A program made the position numbers and the translations under genes. A stretch of 58,492 nucleotides of DNA, the filler included, from Dugesia japonica (Eukaryota), in the NCBI GenBank assembly GCA_001938525.1. It is 5 parts of 5 records of this genome, joined end to end, with 100 filler letters (N's around TTAATTAATTAA, not from the genome) between each part and the next. Parts side by side here need not be neighbours in the genome. Positions count along the whole stretch, not along the records: positions 31,874 to 41,200 come from MQRL01561067.1; positions 41,301 to 58,492 come from MQRL01580273.1; 3 more parts are not named here. One strand, given 5' to 3'. Each line of letters begins with the position of its first letter. Positions within the stretch are counted from its first letter, which is position 1. Below the pieces are notes generated by a model, which saw nothing but the letters and a program-made list of their open reading frames with translations, made no database searches and was not told where the DNA came from. Of the stretch, positions 37,166 through 50,491 are shown one piece after another.

Positions 37166-37819
37166 TCTGCACACCCCAACTTCTTCCAGATTCGTTAGTT
37201 ATTTTTAGATCAACATTTTCTGATTTTATTGGTTCCAGTGCCAATTTCCTAAATATTTTTTCGGAATTTTGGAGTTACCATTGGCGTCTATTTTTGGACT
37301 GAGACATGATAATCGTGTGTTTGTTTTATTTTTATTTTTAGATCTCTTATTGGCCCGATCTTGGAGACCCTGCAGCAATCTTATGGCTGGTGGTAAGTTT
37401 TTTCTTCCTGGCAATTTCGATGCATCTTATTATTTTCCTTCTGTATTTTCTTACCCGGATTCTCTCCGATTTTCCTGAACGGAGTTATTCGGGTAAAACA
37501 GAATTTTATCTAATTTTGCTTCTTTTTATTTTTAAAATTAATTAATATTCTTTTCTGTTAATTGATTATTTTCCATATTGCTTTTCTTGGTTTTTATTAT
37601 TAATTAAATAATTCTTCTTAATTCCCAATATTGATGTAAGTTGGTTTTATGTTACCTGGTTCTTCATATCTATTTCTGATTTTGTTTTATTCTTTTCTAA
37701 TGATTATTTCGCGCTTTGCCTTTGTTATTGGTAAATATGATGGTCCTGCCGTTCTTTTCTGTTGATTCAGTCTTTCTGGTCTTCTTTCGTTTTTTAACGG
37801 GTGTTTCACCCCAACATAT

Positions 37820-39060
37820 TTAATGGCTGCTGAAATAACTATAGAAAAATAATTGTGTATTTTTGTTTAAAAATATCGATATTTTTAAATATAAAATTTA
37901 TATTCTCAGATTATTTGTCGAAATATGATGGATTATTCTTAGATCTTTTTAACTTTAAAACAATTGTGATAGTGAATAAAAAGTATGAATAATTGTAAAG
38001 ATCTCAATTTTACTAATTTGACAAACAACGCATCATTTTATTTGCTGAAGAAAACAATGTACCCGGGAATTTTCAGAATGTACGACGATGTCGAAACATT
38101 AATCTGAAAACAACGAAATATTTTGATCTATACGGAATAAAAAAGGGCTGTAAGATTTTGATTGTAGTTGCTTTCATAGACGCTCATACCAGTTTGGGTA
38201 CACCCGATCTCGTTCGATCTCGTTTGCGCCAAGTCTTTCAAGGTTCTCTTAGAATCATTTATGTGCCTTAGAAGAAGTTAATCATTAGATCATCGATGGG
38301 ATACTCCAATCAGCTAGTAGAATCTGATCCTGCTAGTTGATTTCCCTACGACATCCGATCTACGATGCCCAGTAATGGGGTTTCTTCGCTTGAAAGGGCA
38401 ATGTTAATCTCGGCGTTAAAATACGTGTAGTTCACTACGAAAAATTTTTGAAAAAGAAGACGAAGCATTTGGATTTGAAGAAAGATTCTGAAAGCCTTTC
38501 TTTTGGCCATCAACAATGCTTAAAGATATAGAGGGGCTCTAAATTATCAACGGAATGGAGAGTATGTGAGTATCTATTAGAAGAAGATAGAAGATATGGT
38601 AGAGAAGTTAATGGCTCATAACATGGAACAAAAATAATTAACAAAGGAGCTTATAATGAATAGTTTCAATGACAGGAAGATAAAACATAAGATCAAATCA
38701 GGGAAAATATAAAAAGTATTATATGTATTTCAAACAATGAAAAAGTAGAAAGACATAAAAGACGAAGTAAACATTGAAGAAATAAATGTAGTTCGTAACT
38801 ACAGAAATGCAGAAGTCCAGAACAAATAAGTTTCAACAAGAGTTGTAACGAAGGGATACAACAAAACAGAAACAACGAAAGACGAGAAATCACATGTTGA
38901 ACTTGTAACAAATAAGTCATGGAAGCAGAAATTGTCAAGAAAGAAAATAAGTCCAATACATGTTAGTCTGAACAATACTTAAGAAGAGACTGTTGCAAAG
39001 TTAATTGCTCAAGATGCAAAAATAAAGAACATTACAAAGGTAGACTGTTATACAAATATG
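37820..39060 (+). mobile_element. Decayed Gypsy 5' region and gag, paralogous to 57250-58290, interrupted by an unrelated ~255-bp insert at about 38183-38440
   Basis: Shares CAACGCATCATT, GTTGCTTTCATAGA and GCTCTAAATTATC with the other copy. Knuckle remnant ITC*TCNK*V. Confidence 0.8.
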
Positions 39061-39699
39061 AAAATACAGTTTAATTATCAGAACAAGGGTGATAGAATCA
39101 ATTATTGAACATCAGTCTTGAATCACTGGGTCTCGAATGTATATAGGCTTATATCAGATTGAAGGAGGGCAAACCAGGCGCCTAAACCTATTTATAAAAT
39201 CAAGTAACATAAATATATAATGAATCAGTTAAGTTACAACTAAAATGGCATGAATCCATAAAACATCAAATTTTTTATTTATTTCTAAAACGTCCACATA
39301 ATGTTATAATATTATCATTTATGACAAAATTTAAGAAATGCTAATGTTTTCAGTTGAAATTTACTTTAAGTGATTACTGGCCAAAGCTACGCTCTTGAAA
39401 TTCATATTTTTTATGTAAATATGGGAAACAGAATGGAAAGGGCACCAAAGAACTCAGGTTGCTAAATGATTAGTTTGCCCTGAGCGCCTGAAAACCTTAG
39501 TCCAGCGCTGGTGGTACTATCGGTTGGAATTAAATATTCTGCTAAAATTTCTTAATCGTTGTTCATGAACTGAGACCAAATTTCTGCCAGAGTATTCACA
39601 GCCTTGTTAAAATTTTGCTTTAATTGGTAGTTGTTTTTCCAACACCATCAAGATTTAAATCAAAGAGGTCATGAGGTAGTACCAAGCCTACGAGTTCTC

Positions 39700-40540
39700 T
39701 TGTAAGTTGTGCTATATATCTTTTCATTTAGAAAAGAATTCGGAAATAGCAAAGAAAGATATTATCCAAACAAAACGAATAATTACTCAAGAAAGAATGG
39801 AAGTCATGTTAATTAAATTGAAAATAATAAAAGAAATCGTTTATATAGAGAAGACAAATGCCACTATTGTAATGAAGGACCAAATATTTATCAAGATGAA
39901 TACCGAAATGGCGACGCTTCAAAATAGTATAAATAAAAATGTAAATGAAAGAAAGGAGGATAATGAGTAGATGAGTACAATGATGTAAAAAAAGGTTTGC
40001 AAGTTTGATAAGAAAAAATTGATTAGAGGTCAACCAGAGATTATCAATGATACAAATGGAGAAGTCGAAAATGAAATTCTGACGATAGAAGAAATAAAGC
40101 GGTAAAAGATAGGCTATGACAAGATGCAAGATAGACGAAGTATTATGGTTGAAATACAAGGAGTAAATGTTGATTGCTTGTTAGAGTTAATGTGATGAGT
40201 TTGAGAATTTTTGAAAGATCGAGAAAAGTCAATATATTAAAAAGTGAAGACAGTTTAAGATGTCTCAATAATAGTCCGCTTCAAATCGTAGGTGCAATAA
40301 AGGTAGAAGTAGAATTCGAGAATAAAATCAAAACAGCTTAATTCATTGTAGTGAAACAGATACATTCAGATCTAATAGAATAGAACTACAGAAATAGTTC
40401 TGATTCTAACTGATGAGCAAGACTAAATGTGAAGATAATGAAATGTATCTTTGTAATATAGAAGTAAATTATGGTCGCAATAGTACGAATAAAAATAGAG
40501 TACAGTGGGCTATAAAATATTGATTAACAAGTTAAATTAA
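39700..40540 (+). mobile_element. Decayed Gypsy gag C-terminus/protease
   Basis: VEIQGVNVDCLL and CLNNSPLQIVGAIKVEVEF resemble retropepsin segments. Confidence 0.55.
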
Positions 40541-40559
40541 AGATTAGAGAAAGTTATCA

Positions 40560-41200
40560 CGACCCATCTTTGTACAGTGCCGTTGATCAACCAGCAACAT
40601 CGATTCGTCAATATGATATACAAAAGCACCTTGCAACAATTTTTTGGGACGTGAAAGAAATTCTGCTGTGTGATGTACTTTCTGAAGGAAAAAATATAAA
40701 CGCAGAAATTTACTGCACTCAGTTGGACAAACTCGTAGATGCGATTCGACAAAAGAGACGCGTCTGCTCGGAAACAGTTTTTAAAATTTCCATTTTCTCT
40801 TAGACAACCCTCGACCGCATACGGCACGATTAAATCAAGGTATGCTTGCTGATATCGGTTTTACGGTATTGTCACATCCACCATACTCCCCAGACATTTC
40901 CCCATCCGACTATTACCTGGTTTCTTCTATGAAAAACTCACTTCGTGCGAAAAATTATCACTCTGCTCAAGAAGTTAACAGGGATTTGGAAAACTCGTTC
41001 GCTTCAAAACCTGTAGAATTCTATGTTAACGGCATAAAACAACTTTCAAAACGCTGGAAAAAGTGTGTGGACCTTAAAGGGGACTATTTTCAACATTTCA
41101 GATACACGAGCGAATGATGTTTGGTTTATATTTCTCAATTTACATGTTGTCTTTATTGGTGAAATAAATATTATTTTCTATCGGACAAGACTTTCGTTCC
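40560..41200 (+). mobile_element. Mariner transposase C-terminal half
   Basis: LATIFWD, INAEIYCTQL, DNPRPH and HPPYSPDISPSDYYL. Confidence 0.93.
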
Positions 41201-41459
41201 NNNNNNNNNNNNNNNNNNNNNNNNNNNNNNNNNNNNNNNNNNNNTTAATTAATTAANNNNNNNNNNNNNNNNNNNNNNNNNNNNNNNNNNNNNNNNNNNN
41301 TATATATATATATATATCATTTCGAACTTTTAAATTTGACTGAGGACTTTGATTATCTTCATATACAATTGAGATCTAAAGTTAAAATTATAAATAACAT
41401 TAATGCTAATATAAAAAATATACCAGCTATCATTTCTTAATTGTTCATCTGTAGGGAAG

Positions 41460-42710
41460 ATACTGCACTGTCCTCTATGCTACTTAATGTGTAATGCCCA
41501 TATGGTACTGATATGTTTTTGTTAGTCCACACTCGCTTATCGTCGTTATTAATGAGTGCAACTTTTTTGTTTTTTTAAACTATATAGCTGGTGGTTTATC
41601 GAACTAATTCTAAATTGATCGATTGAGACTGGCAAATTATTTTCATAACAGTCAAGGTATGACTGATGTTTTAAATTACTATTCTTTATTGTTATGCCTT
41701 TTGCCTTCATTGTTGTTTTATCACTCGAAAGGCTATAACGCTTCGGTCTCAAGGAAATCCATTCTTTGTACTTAACCTCTTTACTTTCATCCTTAAATTT
41801 TCCAATAACAGAAATGAGACTGTTACTGTAAAGGGGGTGGCTTGTGTTGTAATTTGAGGTGTCCAACAACTGATTTGTCCAACAAAATCAAACCGGTTAG
41901 CTTTTCTAAACTTATATCTACAAGTTCAAGGAAAATGCTATCTGTATCGCTGGCTACAATATTTATTTTACAATGCTCTTCTCGACGATACTTTTCCAAC
42001 TCAATGTACTGTAGTTGGTACATTATTAACTTTGAGAGGTCAAGTACCGTCGGTCCAATGTAGCTCGGACGATCTAAATATACAATTTCCTTATTAAAAA
42101 GGACAGCTATCAGATCATCATCTATTTTGATTGATCTTTGAAATCCAGGTTTCGATGTATATGTCATTAACTTCTTGGTTGAATTACACAAGCGCAAATT
42201 TATTCGTTTCTTCATGTTCTCCACCGTGTTCACATATAGGCTATTGTTGAGCAGTTTAGATTAATTTTTTTCTAATTCCGTTTCTGATTCTGACTGCAAT
42301 TTGGTATTCACATCGATATATTTTTGGAAAATTTGTCCCTGTCTAAACCGAACTCCTCTATGAACCTTTGTAACCTCCACACCTAATTCTATATACATCT
42401 GTAGCAGCCTCCAGGGAATTATGTAGGCGTTCTTCGGATAATACGTTAACATTAATTTTTCACTTTACTTCCTGGAGCGCTTTGGTGTTGCGCTGCTACT
42501 GGAGATCGTTTAGATAATCCTGTATTTCTGATGGAATCGCTATATCCACCTCCAATGAGTATCCGTATGATAACGAGTCAAGGTCCGCCCTCTTAGATTC
42601 TTCTAAAACTTCATCTAATCCATTGTGGGCCCACTCTAAATCCGCATAGGGCAGCTTCTGGCTAATGTCCATCCATACAGATTATTAATGTCGATATATA
42701 ATAAGTACAT
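41460..42710 (-). mobile_element. Polinton/Maverick (adintovirus-like) protein-primed DNA polymerase B pseudogene, C-terminal half
   Basis: Motif A YIDINNLYGW, motif B KLLNNSLY..TVEN, motif C VASDTDS, then GKFKDE, LRPKRYS and KAKGI, with frameshifts. Confidence 0.92.
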
Positions 42711-42852
42711 ATATGTCTTGGGAAAAAATAGTGTATAGTGAATATAAATGAACAACTTCTCTGGAAGCCGTCATTTACAATCTACTTGGGCTGTTGGTTT
42801 GATTTTTAAATTTGAAGATTTTGAAAAATATAAAATTTAAAGTAACAATAAA

Positions 42853-43149
42853 ATGAAAGAATTTAGTTGTAATGATTGTAAAGAAAAATTTGATGGTAAA
42901 ATTAATTTATATAAACATTTAGATTTAAGTTTATGTAAAACTGTTTTAAATTATGAATGGCAATGTGGTTATTGTTAGAAAAAATTAAAGATTAGTAAAA
43001 ATAAGTTTAAAGAACATCAAAAATTATGTCTTTTTAATAAATTTAAACCTCCAGGTGTAGTTTACACAAAAGAGGAAATTGAAGAAAATCATAAATATAA
43101 TATTAAAAATTTTATATGTAAGAATAATTATCAATATTATAAAAAATAA
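42853..43149 (+). pseudogene. Small double C2HC zinc-finger ORF with one internal stop
   Basis: MKEFSCNDC...LYKHLDLSLC and WQCGYC*...FKEHQKLC. Confidence 0.6.
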
Positions 43150-44139
43150 CTTTTGTTCCTTCACAAACAAATATCTATCAAAAATATACAAACAATTATT
43201 TACAAATTATTGATAATGAAAGTTAATATTAATTACAAGGGAAAAGTGTCTCAAGCTATAACAAGCAAGATGAAATTTCCAAGTGGCGAACCTTCGCAAA
43301 TTATTGACAAAAATGGACATATATAATTATATTGTTCAAATCAGGAAATTGTCGAATAATGGGGGGCAAAAAACCAATTGAGACAGATAAATTACAATAT
43401 GATATTAAAAATTTTCGATTGCAATCTTTAACAATTGTCATCAATATAGGTGTTGTAATAAATTTATATAAATTGGCAAAGATAACAAAATGCTGATTTG
43501 AACCGGAATATGATCCCTTTATGTGTTAATATATTCTCACCAGGAAAGATATGAATTATGGAGGATATGTGGACAATATACTATCGGATTTGTATAATTT
43601 AATAGATAAAATATAGTCATGTAAATATATTATGTTGTGGTAAGTTAAAATTATTTTTTATAAATTATTTTAATAAAATATGCTACGTTGCAGTATTATA
43701 AATTTTTATTGCAATCTCATTGGTTTAATTTCATTTAGAAATTTTTTTTATAACATTACAAATTTTAATTTAATCATTTTAAAATTTGAAAAACAAAATG
43801 AGTGAATTTAATAATGAAATAAAGAAAGAATAATTCAGAATAAAGCAAATAACAATCAAAGAAGCAATCTACATATTTCTAAGAGAAGCTATTTGAAACT
43901 GTTTCTTATCCACTTGAAACCAGACATTAAGTCTTAGGCATCCACGCTAAGCGCATAGTCTCATAATTTAATCAGTCAAATAGCATTCTGTATTATTAGT
44001 AAAGAATATTTGAATTTCAATTAGTTTTGTAAAGTTTAGGTGGATGGTAGACTTATTTATAGATGAAAATATAGTGAAAGTGGGCGTTAGGCTAAAAAGA
44101 AGTTTGAAAGTCACTGATCTAGACGATATTCTCATGTTT

Positions 44140-46270
44140 ACCGAAACAAAGAAGCAACACTTTAAAATATACAATAAAGTATTGACAGAAATTAAGAATT
44201 CTAGTCTTTAAGTTATTTCAGATAAAATTCAATTCATGCGAAATGAGATTAAATTTTTGTGACACGTTATCAGTAAAAAAGGTGTCAAAACAGATCCAAT
44301 TAAAATAGAAGCAATTAAGAACTTTCTTAAACCAAGAGGCTTTTTAGGAATTTGTAATTATTATCGCAAGTTTATTAAAGATTATTCGAAAAAAGCTAGA
44401 TTGTTGGAATTATTGTGTAGTGGATCGAGTAACAAGAAAATTGAATGGGCGAACGAATTAGAAGAAGTTTTTAATGGAATGAAAGAAGCACTAACGATGT
44501 TTCCAATATTATGTCTTCCAGATATAAATAGAGGATTTATTTTGGACACGGATGCGAGTTTCGATATAATTGGGGCAGTACTTTTTCAAAAGGACAACAA
44601 TGAACAAGAAAGAGTAATTGCATATAGGTCACACGCAATGACGAGTCACGAGAAAGGATATTGCACTATGCGGAAAGAATTACTCGCAATTTACTACTTT
44701 TGTATTCATTTCAAACATTACTTATATGATAAGAGATTTATCCTCAGCACAGACCATAAAGCCATTACTTTTATGCTAAATACCAAGAAGCCGAATACAT
44801 CACAATTTCAAATCTGGATTAATTATTTGAGTAGTTTAGATATAAAATTGTAATATAGAAAATGATCGTTCCATACAAATGCGGATATGTTGTCAAGGAG
44901 TAAATGCGATACTTGTGCACAATCTCAAATGGCTCATGAAGATCCCAAAAGTTGAAAATTAAAAGCAATGATGTTAAATATAGTAGATATTCAAGAGAAA
45001 CACGGTAAGTTTGGAGAAAATGATGAAGGAACATAGATACCTGATGATAAAGTAGAAGAATCGTGATGATGGATCGTGTTTTGTGTCATGCTGGAGCAGA
45101 AAAGGTAGCAGCGTATATGAAGCAAAAATATAACGCGAAACATTTGTGGAGAAAAGTACAAGAAGTGGTTCGAAGCTTTATAACACGTCAGTAAGCTAAA
45201 GTTTTGACAACAAAAACGAAGGAAGAAATGAAAAAGACTCAGCCAGCCGAAATGTTTGAATTGTTATTTATAGATGTGTGTGTACCACTGCGGGAGACAA
45301 GAAGTCGTAAAAAATATGTTCTCAGTATAAGAGATCAATGCAGTAAGTAATTGCCGTGATAGCAATGGCAAAACAAATGTCAATCATTGTCTTAATAGCA
45401 ATGAGAAAACAAGATGAAGATACCATATGGAAAGCATTAATAGAGAAGTGGATATTAAAGTTCGAGTGTCCGAGAGAAATTCAAGTTGATTGTGGAAGAG
45501 TATTTGAGTTTAAATCAATGAAAGATTTTCAGCTAAACATGAAATTACCCTCAGGTTTTCAAGTACATATCATCATAACACAAATAGACAAATCGAGAGA
45601 CAATTTAGAACTATGCGAGATATGATAAATGCGAAACTTAATGAAAGGAAGACCTTAGATTAGGCTGATGTATTGGCAGGTATAGAATTTACCTGGAATG
45701 CTACAAAACTGAAAACTATTGGAAAAAGCCCAGCTGAAATCGTATTTGGGAAGAGAATAAGCAGAAAAATATGGTACAAAACAGATTCTCAAAGAGAGCA
45801 CAAAGAACATGATAAAGAGATATTGACCAAAAGACAATTCGAGGTTGGTGATGAGGTCTTAGTGAAAGTTGAAACCAGAATCAAGAACCAAGATCGTTTT
45901 GAAGGACTCTAAAAGGTCAAAGGAAAGGTTCATGACAGACGTTATATCCTTGGAGATACAAACGGAAAAAGTGTCTAAAGAAACGCAGAGAAGATCAAAT
46001 AATTTCTTAAAAGGGTGGATGTGAGTATGTTTTGAAAAGGAAGTTGAAATTTTTGTGCTTTGATTGAAAAATTTTATTTTTGTAAATTTTTTTATAAAAC
46101 TGCAAATTACAAATTAATTAAGAAGTTAAAATAATTATTTTGAATGGAAGTTTGATCTAAAATTTTGCAATTGTTATTGAAATTGTTTTTTAAAAATCTT
46201 TAAAGTGTTTGTTTGAAATAATTTTACTAGGAGTTGAATTTTAATGTTGATGATCCGATGAGTACTCAAA
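44140..46270 (+). mobile_element. Decayed Gypsy pol (end of RT, RNase H, integrase) with PPT and start of the 3' LTR
   Basis: GVKTDPIKIEAI, FILDTDAS, TDHKAI, LCHAG, IQVDCGRVF and GDEVLVK...FEG, then AAAAGGGTGGA|TGTGAG at about 46010-46025. Confidence 0.93.
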
Positions 46271-46276
46271 ACTCAT

Positions 46277-48810
46277 CTAGCATGCTCTATGAACGATTTC
46301 AATCGTAGATCTACTTTTTAGATTTCCCGTTTTTAGATCCATTGCTATCCCATCTAGCTGTTCAAGAGCATCCATTCCAATCAAACATAGTACTGGGCTA
46401 TCTCTCATTACCAACACATTTTGATTTATAACTCTGCCTACTATAATTAGTTCGACTTTAATCAACCCATTGATATTAAGCGCATTTTTCGATATTGAAC
46501 GGATGACTTCTTCCGAAGTTGTCATATTAATTAGATCTGCATTATCTAAAATTCCCTCTGAAATAATAGTTACACTAGAACCTGAGTCTAGTATTGCCTT
46601 TATAGAGAATTCATTTAGCTGCAATATCTTTAGTATAAACTCTTCTTATTCTTTATTCTCCATAATGGGTATATCTCACTTAGCAATCCCATTAAAAATT
46701 CTTCGCACTCGATCTGATCCCTCACATTACAATGGTTTTCTGAGATTTCCATCATCTCATCAACGATTTGCAAAAGTCCACAGTTATCGCTTGTTCTCTG
46801 AACTTTTGTAAAACTTGAGTACGGATGTACTTTAAACAACACCTCTGGCGTTTCTCGAAATTGGCAATCCTCTTCAGTTTTAATCTCGGATTCTTTTATT
46901 ATTTCCTTTGCCACGCGTTTTTTGCATTTGTCTGTACCAATAATTGTATACAATTCTGTTCCCTACTGCCTCATTTTGGCATATTCAATATATCATCCAG
47001 TATCATTAATTTTACTCGCTAATTCACATTGTAATTTACGTAATAAAATCAACTCTGTTGCTTGAGGTACTGTCTTCATTATCTCGTGATATTGTAAAAT
47101 CTTAACTTCATTTTCCATACTGCGGATCATTCCTAGATCCATAATATAAGCATCCATATACTCCAAAATTTGATTTGCGAATTCTAGTTTAATAATTCTT
47201 AATTTTTCGGATTCACCAATCATTTGAACTAAGTCTCTGACTATACTATTGTCACTAATAGTTTTTGTGAGTTTCTCTCCATTGTTATCAATAATCACTA
47301 CACATACATCTTTTAACCACGAAATTTGCGCATTTCTTGTCCAATCTTTGTCATAATGAGTTTCAATTCCGAAATGTGTTGGGCTCCATTATTACAGTTA
47401 TAAATACATTTCTCCATCACATTTTCCAATTTTTCTTGAGAAAACTTCAGTTTTATTAACTTCTGCAAAATTACTGCAATCTCCTCTATATCTTGTTCGC
47501 AATTTTCAATATTAGATGATAAATGTGAGTAAAGAATTTGGCTTTTATCTACTACGACATCGTTTACCATTTGTGAAATTTGGCCATGAGGATTTGGTAT
47601 TTCACAGTCGATTTGTGGCTCATTTTCTAAAAATATCATTGAATTTTAGTTATCGCTATCTGAGTCCTTTATGGTAGTAAATTTATCCCACTTTCGTTTT
47701 ATATCGTCTAATTCTGCCTCGACTTTTATTCTGCTACTATTATCGGGTGAAAAAGTTGCATTAACTGTAGAATTATTATCAATTTGACTGATTTCTTTAA
47801 AATTGGTTTTTGGAATCGATCAACATTATTTGGACATGATCTTGCAATATTTCTGACATGAATAACATCATTGTTGGCCTTTAGAATTTAATTTATTTCT
47901 TTGCGGAGATGGAAAGCTGAATACAACTACGTGACTTTGGAGTGTAACAATATCTAGATAGATGTCCCGTTACATTGTATTGTTCTCCTGTTTTCACTAT
48001 TTCCTCCATTGCCCATTTTTGTACAGCATTGATTTGCGGGATGTCCTTTAAGTTGACACCTAAAACACGTCACTGTCCTTTTTAAGGCATTTTGTTGAAA
48101 TTGCTGTTTCTCTCGAATTTGGGAAATTGTCTATAATTACTTTGCGACGGTGGATTGAATGTTCTTGGTTTGAAATTTGGTCTCTCTGGTTCAAGTCTCT
48201 GAAAATTTTGCCACCTTAGTGTAATTTGCTGTAGAAGCATTTGTTGTCACCGCAGAATTTACTTCAATCCGTTTAGTCTTTTTAGCGAGATCATCAAAAT
48301 CTTGATAATCTGCTAAACTAAGAATTGTTCTATTACTTGGTTGTGCTCCCATTAGAAATTGATCTTGCAATACATTTTTAATATGATCTCCCTAGTTTTC
48401 TCGTAATCTGAAGACTTTTTCGGCCAAAGTACTCAACTCAAAAGCGGATTTATTCACCGATTCTCCTTCATTTTGTGCTCAATTAAAGTATTTCTTTCTC
48501 ATAATTCTACTCACATCTTCACTGACTAATTTTACGGCTAATGCATCTTTGCAATGTGCCCAAGTATCCAATTGTGAAGCCTCTAACTGACTTTATGCAT
48601 CTCTAGCATCTCCTTTTAGATCTAATGGCAATTGAATTACCATAATTTTTTCTGGCCATCCATAAGCTCTACTATACATATAATAATCTCACATAAAATC
48701 CACAAAATTTACGGCATCTTTTCCATATTGTGATACAGGGAGTTTTAGACAATTTGTTCCATTAACTGCATTATTATCTTCCATATCTCTGAAATTGCTC
48801 TCCATATTGC
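46277..48810 (-). mobile_element. Decayed LTR-retrotransposon gag-protease
   Basis: Gag N-terminus (AYGWPEK), CCHC knuckle CFRCQLKGHPANQC and protease AILDSGSSVTII...CLIGMDAL. Confidence 0.88.
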
Positions 48811-48949
48811 TGACATCTTCAATTTTTGTTTTTCTGCTTCTTTAATTGTATTGCCATCCATCAACAAACGATTTTCCGTCTGGAAAGAAAGAATTGTCTT
48901 TATGGAAAGACTTTTGAAAACCTATTAAAACGTATGAATTAGAAGAATT

Positions 48950-49390
48950 TTATTTCACATGCCAGTAAACCACAATTCAAAGATTCAATTGAAATAGTGA
49001 TGATTTGGTTGCCGTTTTATTAGATAAGGATTTTGTAACACTGGATAGACCATCATATATCTGGTAAGCGCTTCTGGATCTATCAAAGTTCAAAATGTAT
49101 AAATTACAATATGATCAATTTGATTCATACAGAGTAAGATGTACTTGTGAAATTAACATCGTCATTGTAGACACAGACAGCTTCTTTCTTGAATGCAAAA
49201 ATGTTGATCAGAGACAGCCGCTTCTTCTAGCAATGACAAGCTTTTAGACAGTTCTAATTTTCAGAAAGAAGATTCATTTTTCTCAACACAATTAACAGCA
49301 ACCATTGGAAAGTTTAAGGATAAAAATAAAGGTCTGGCTAATTGTAAAGAATTAATATTTCTTCGGCTAAAGTCATATTCACTTCAAACA
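48950..49390 (+). mobile_element. Third Polinton-type polB fragment
   Basis: LDRPSYI, LDLSK..MY.LQY, INIVIVDTDSFFLE, GKFKD and FLRLKSYS. Confidence 0.85.
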
Positions 49391-49569
49391 GAATATTTTT
49401 GAAAAAACAATAAAAATTTGTAAAGAGTTTAATTTTGCCTTACTATATTTAATATTGTTGTTTTATTGTTAATTAAATCTGTATTGTTGTTTATTTTTTT
49501 TTAAAATTATTAAAATTTGTTGTGTAAACGTTTCAACGCTTTTTAACTATGATATTCTTGATCAGATTT

Positions 49570-50140
49570 CTGCGTTGAATGATGTGTAATATGACATAGT
49601 TCGAGGAAGCAAAGTCTTTAAAAAATCATTAATATACGTAATGGGTGTTATAGAAACGGTTGATATGGTAATGGTGTGAAGTATTGTGTAATAATTACGT
49701 AATGATGCCATACTGAATGTAATATTAGTTAAGTGATTACGCAACGATTACATAATGATTATTGCACGGTTACATAACAATTGCGCAATCTGGAAACGGT
49801 TCCCATGTGATTATGTAATACATGATAATTATACACCCAGAGAATGATTAAGCTATGGTTATGTAATTATCCCCTGACTGCGTAACAACCATGTAATCAA
49901 TAAATGGTCCCCAAATTGTTATGGAATGATTACGCAATCTGGGAAATTTCCCGTTTGATTACATAGTGATGTAATGCCGACATCAAATTGTAAACTCGGG
50001 AAATCGAGTTTAATGAATTGCGTAATAATTATCTAATGGTGACGCATCAATTACGTAATTGGAATATGGTATCCGGTCGGGTAAGTAATGATTAGGTAAT
50101 GATACCATAACTTTTATTAGTGATTATGTAATTATTTTAT
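49570..50140. repeat. Array of degenerate GATTAC(G/A)TAAT motifs in both orientations
   Basis: Many ATTACGTAAT, GATTACATAA and ATTACGCAA units. Confidence 0.7.
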
Positions 50141-50491
50141 AATACACACAAANNNNNNNNNNNNNNNNNNNNNNNNNNNNNNNNNNNNNNNNNNNNNNNN
50201 NNNNNNNNNNNNNNNNNNATTCCTTTCTATCAACTCACTTCTTATTCTATTCCCATTTTTACATAACATTTACAAAGTTATTCAAAACGTAACTTTTTAT
50301 TCATTTCTATAAGACTATATAATGTGTTTATAATTTTGTATTTATTTATAATATTAACAATTTGAACTTTATGTCTACAAAACATAACTATCATTTACAT
50401 TATAAAGTTATATTAAACCTACCAATTTTTGTTATTCTTATTCAAGTAAATACCTATCTCAAGATTTGTTATTAATAAGTATATTTTTTAG

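Larger units (their letters stand above)
33366..37816 (-). mobile_element. 4.45-kb TG...CA-bounded, LTR-like module carrying a promoter and a small-gene cassette
   Basis: Perfect 9-bp inverted termini TGTTGGGGT (33366-74) and ACCCCAACA (37808-16) at compositional boundaries, with no assembly gap inside. The flanks (AATT/TATT) are at best an imperfect TSD. Confidence 0.55.

Noticed and set aside
38044-38100. CTGAAGA...GTCGAAAC hammerhead-like spacing
   Set aside because: There is no stem II, and the segment aligns to gag coding sequence at about 57570-57630.
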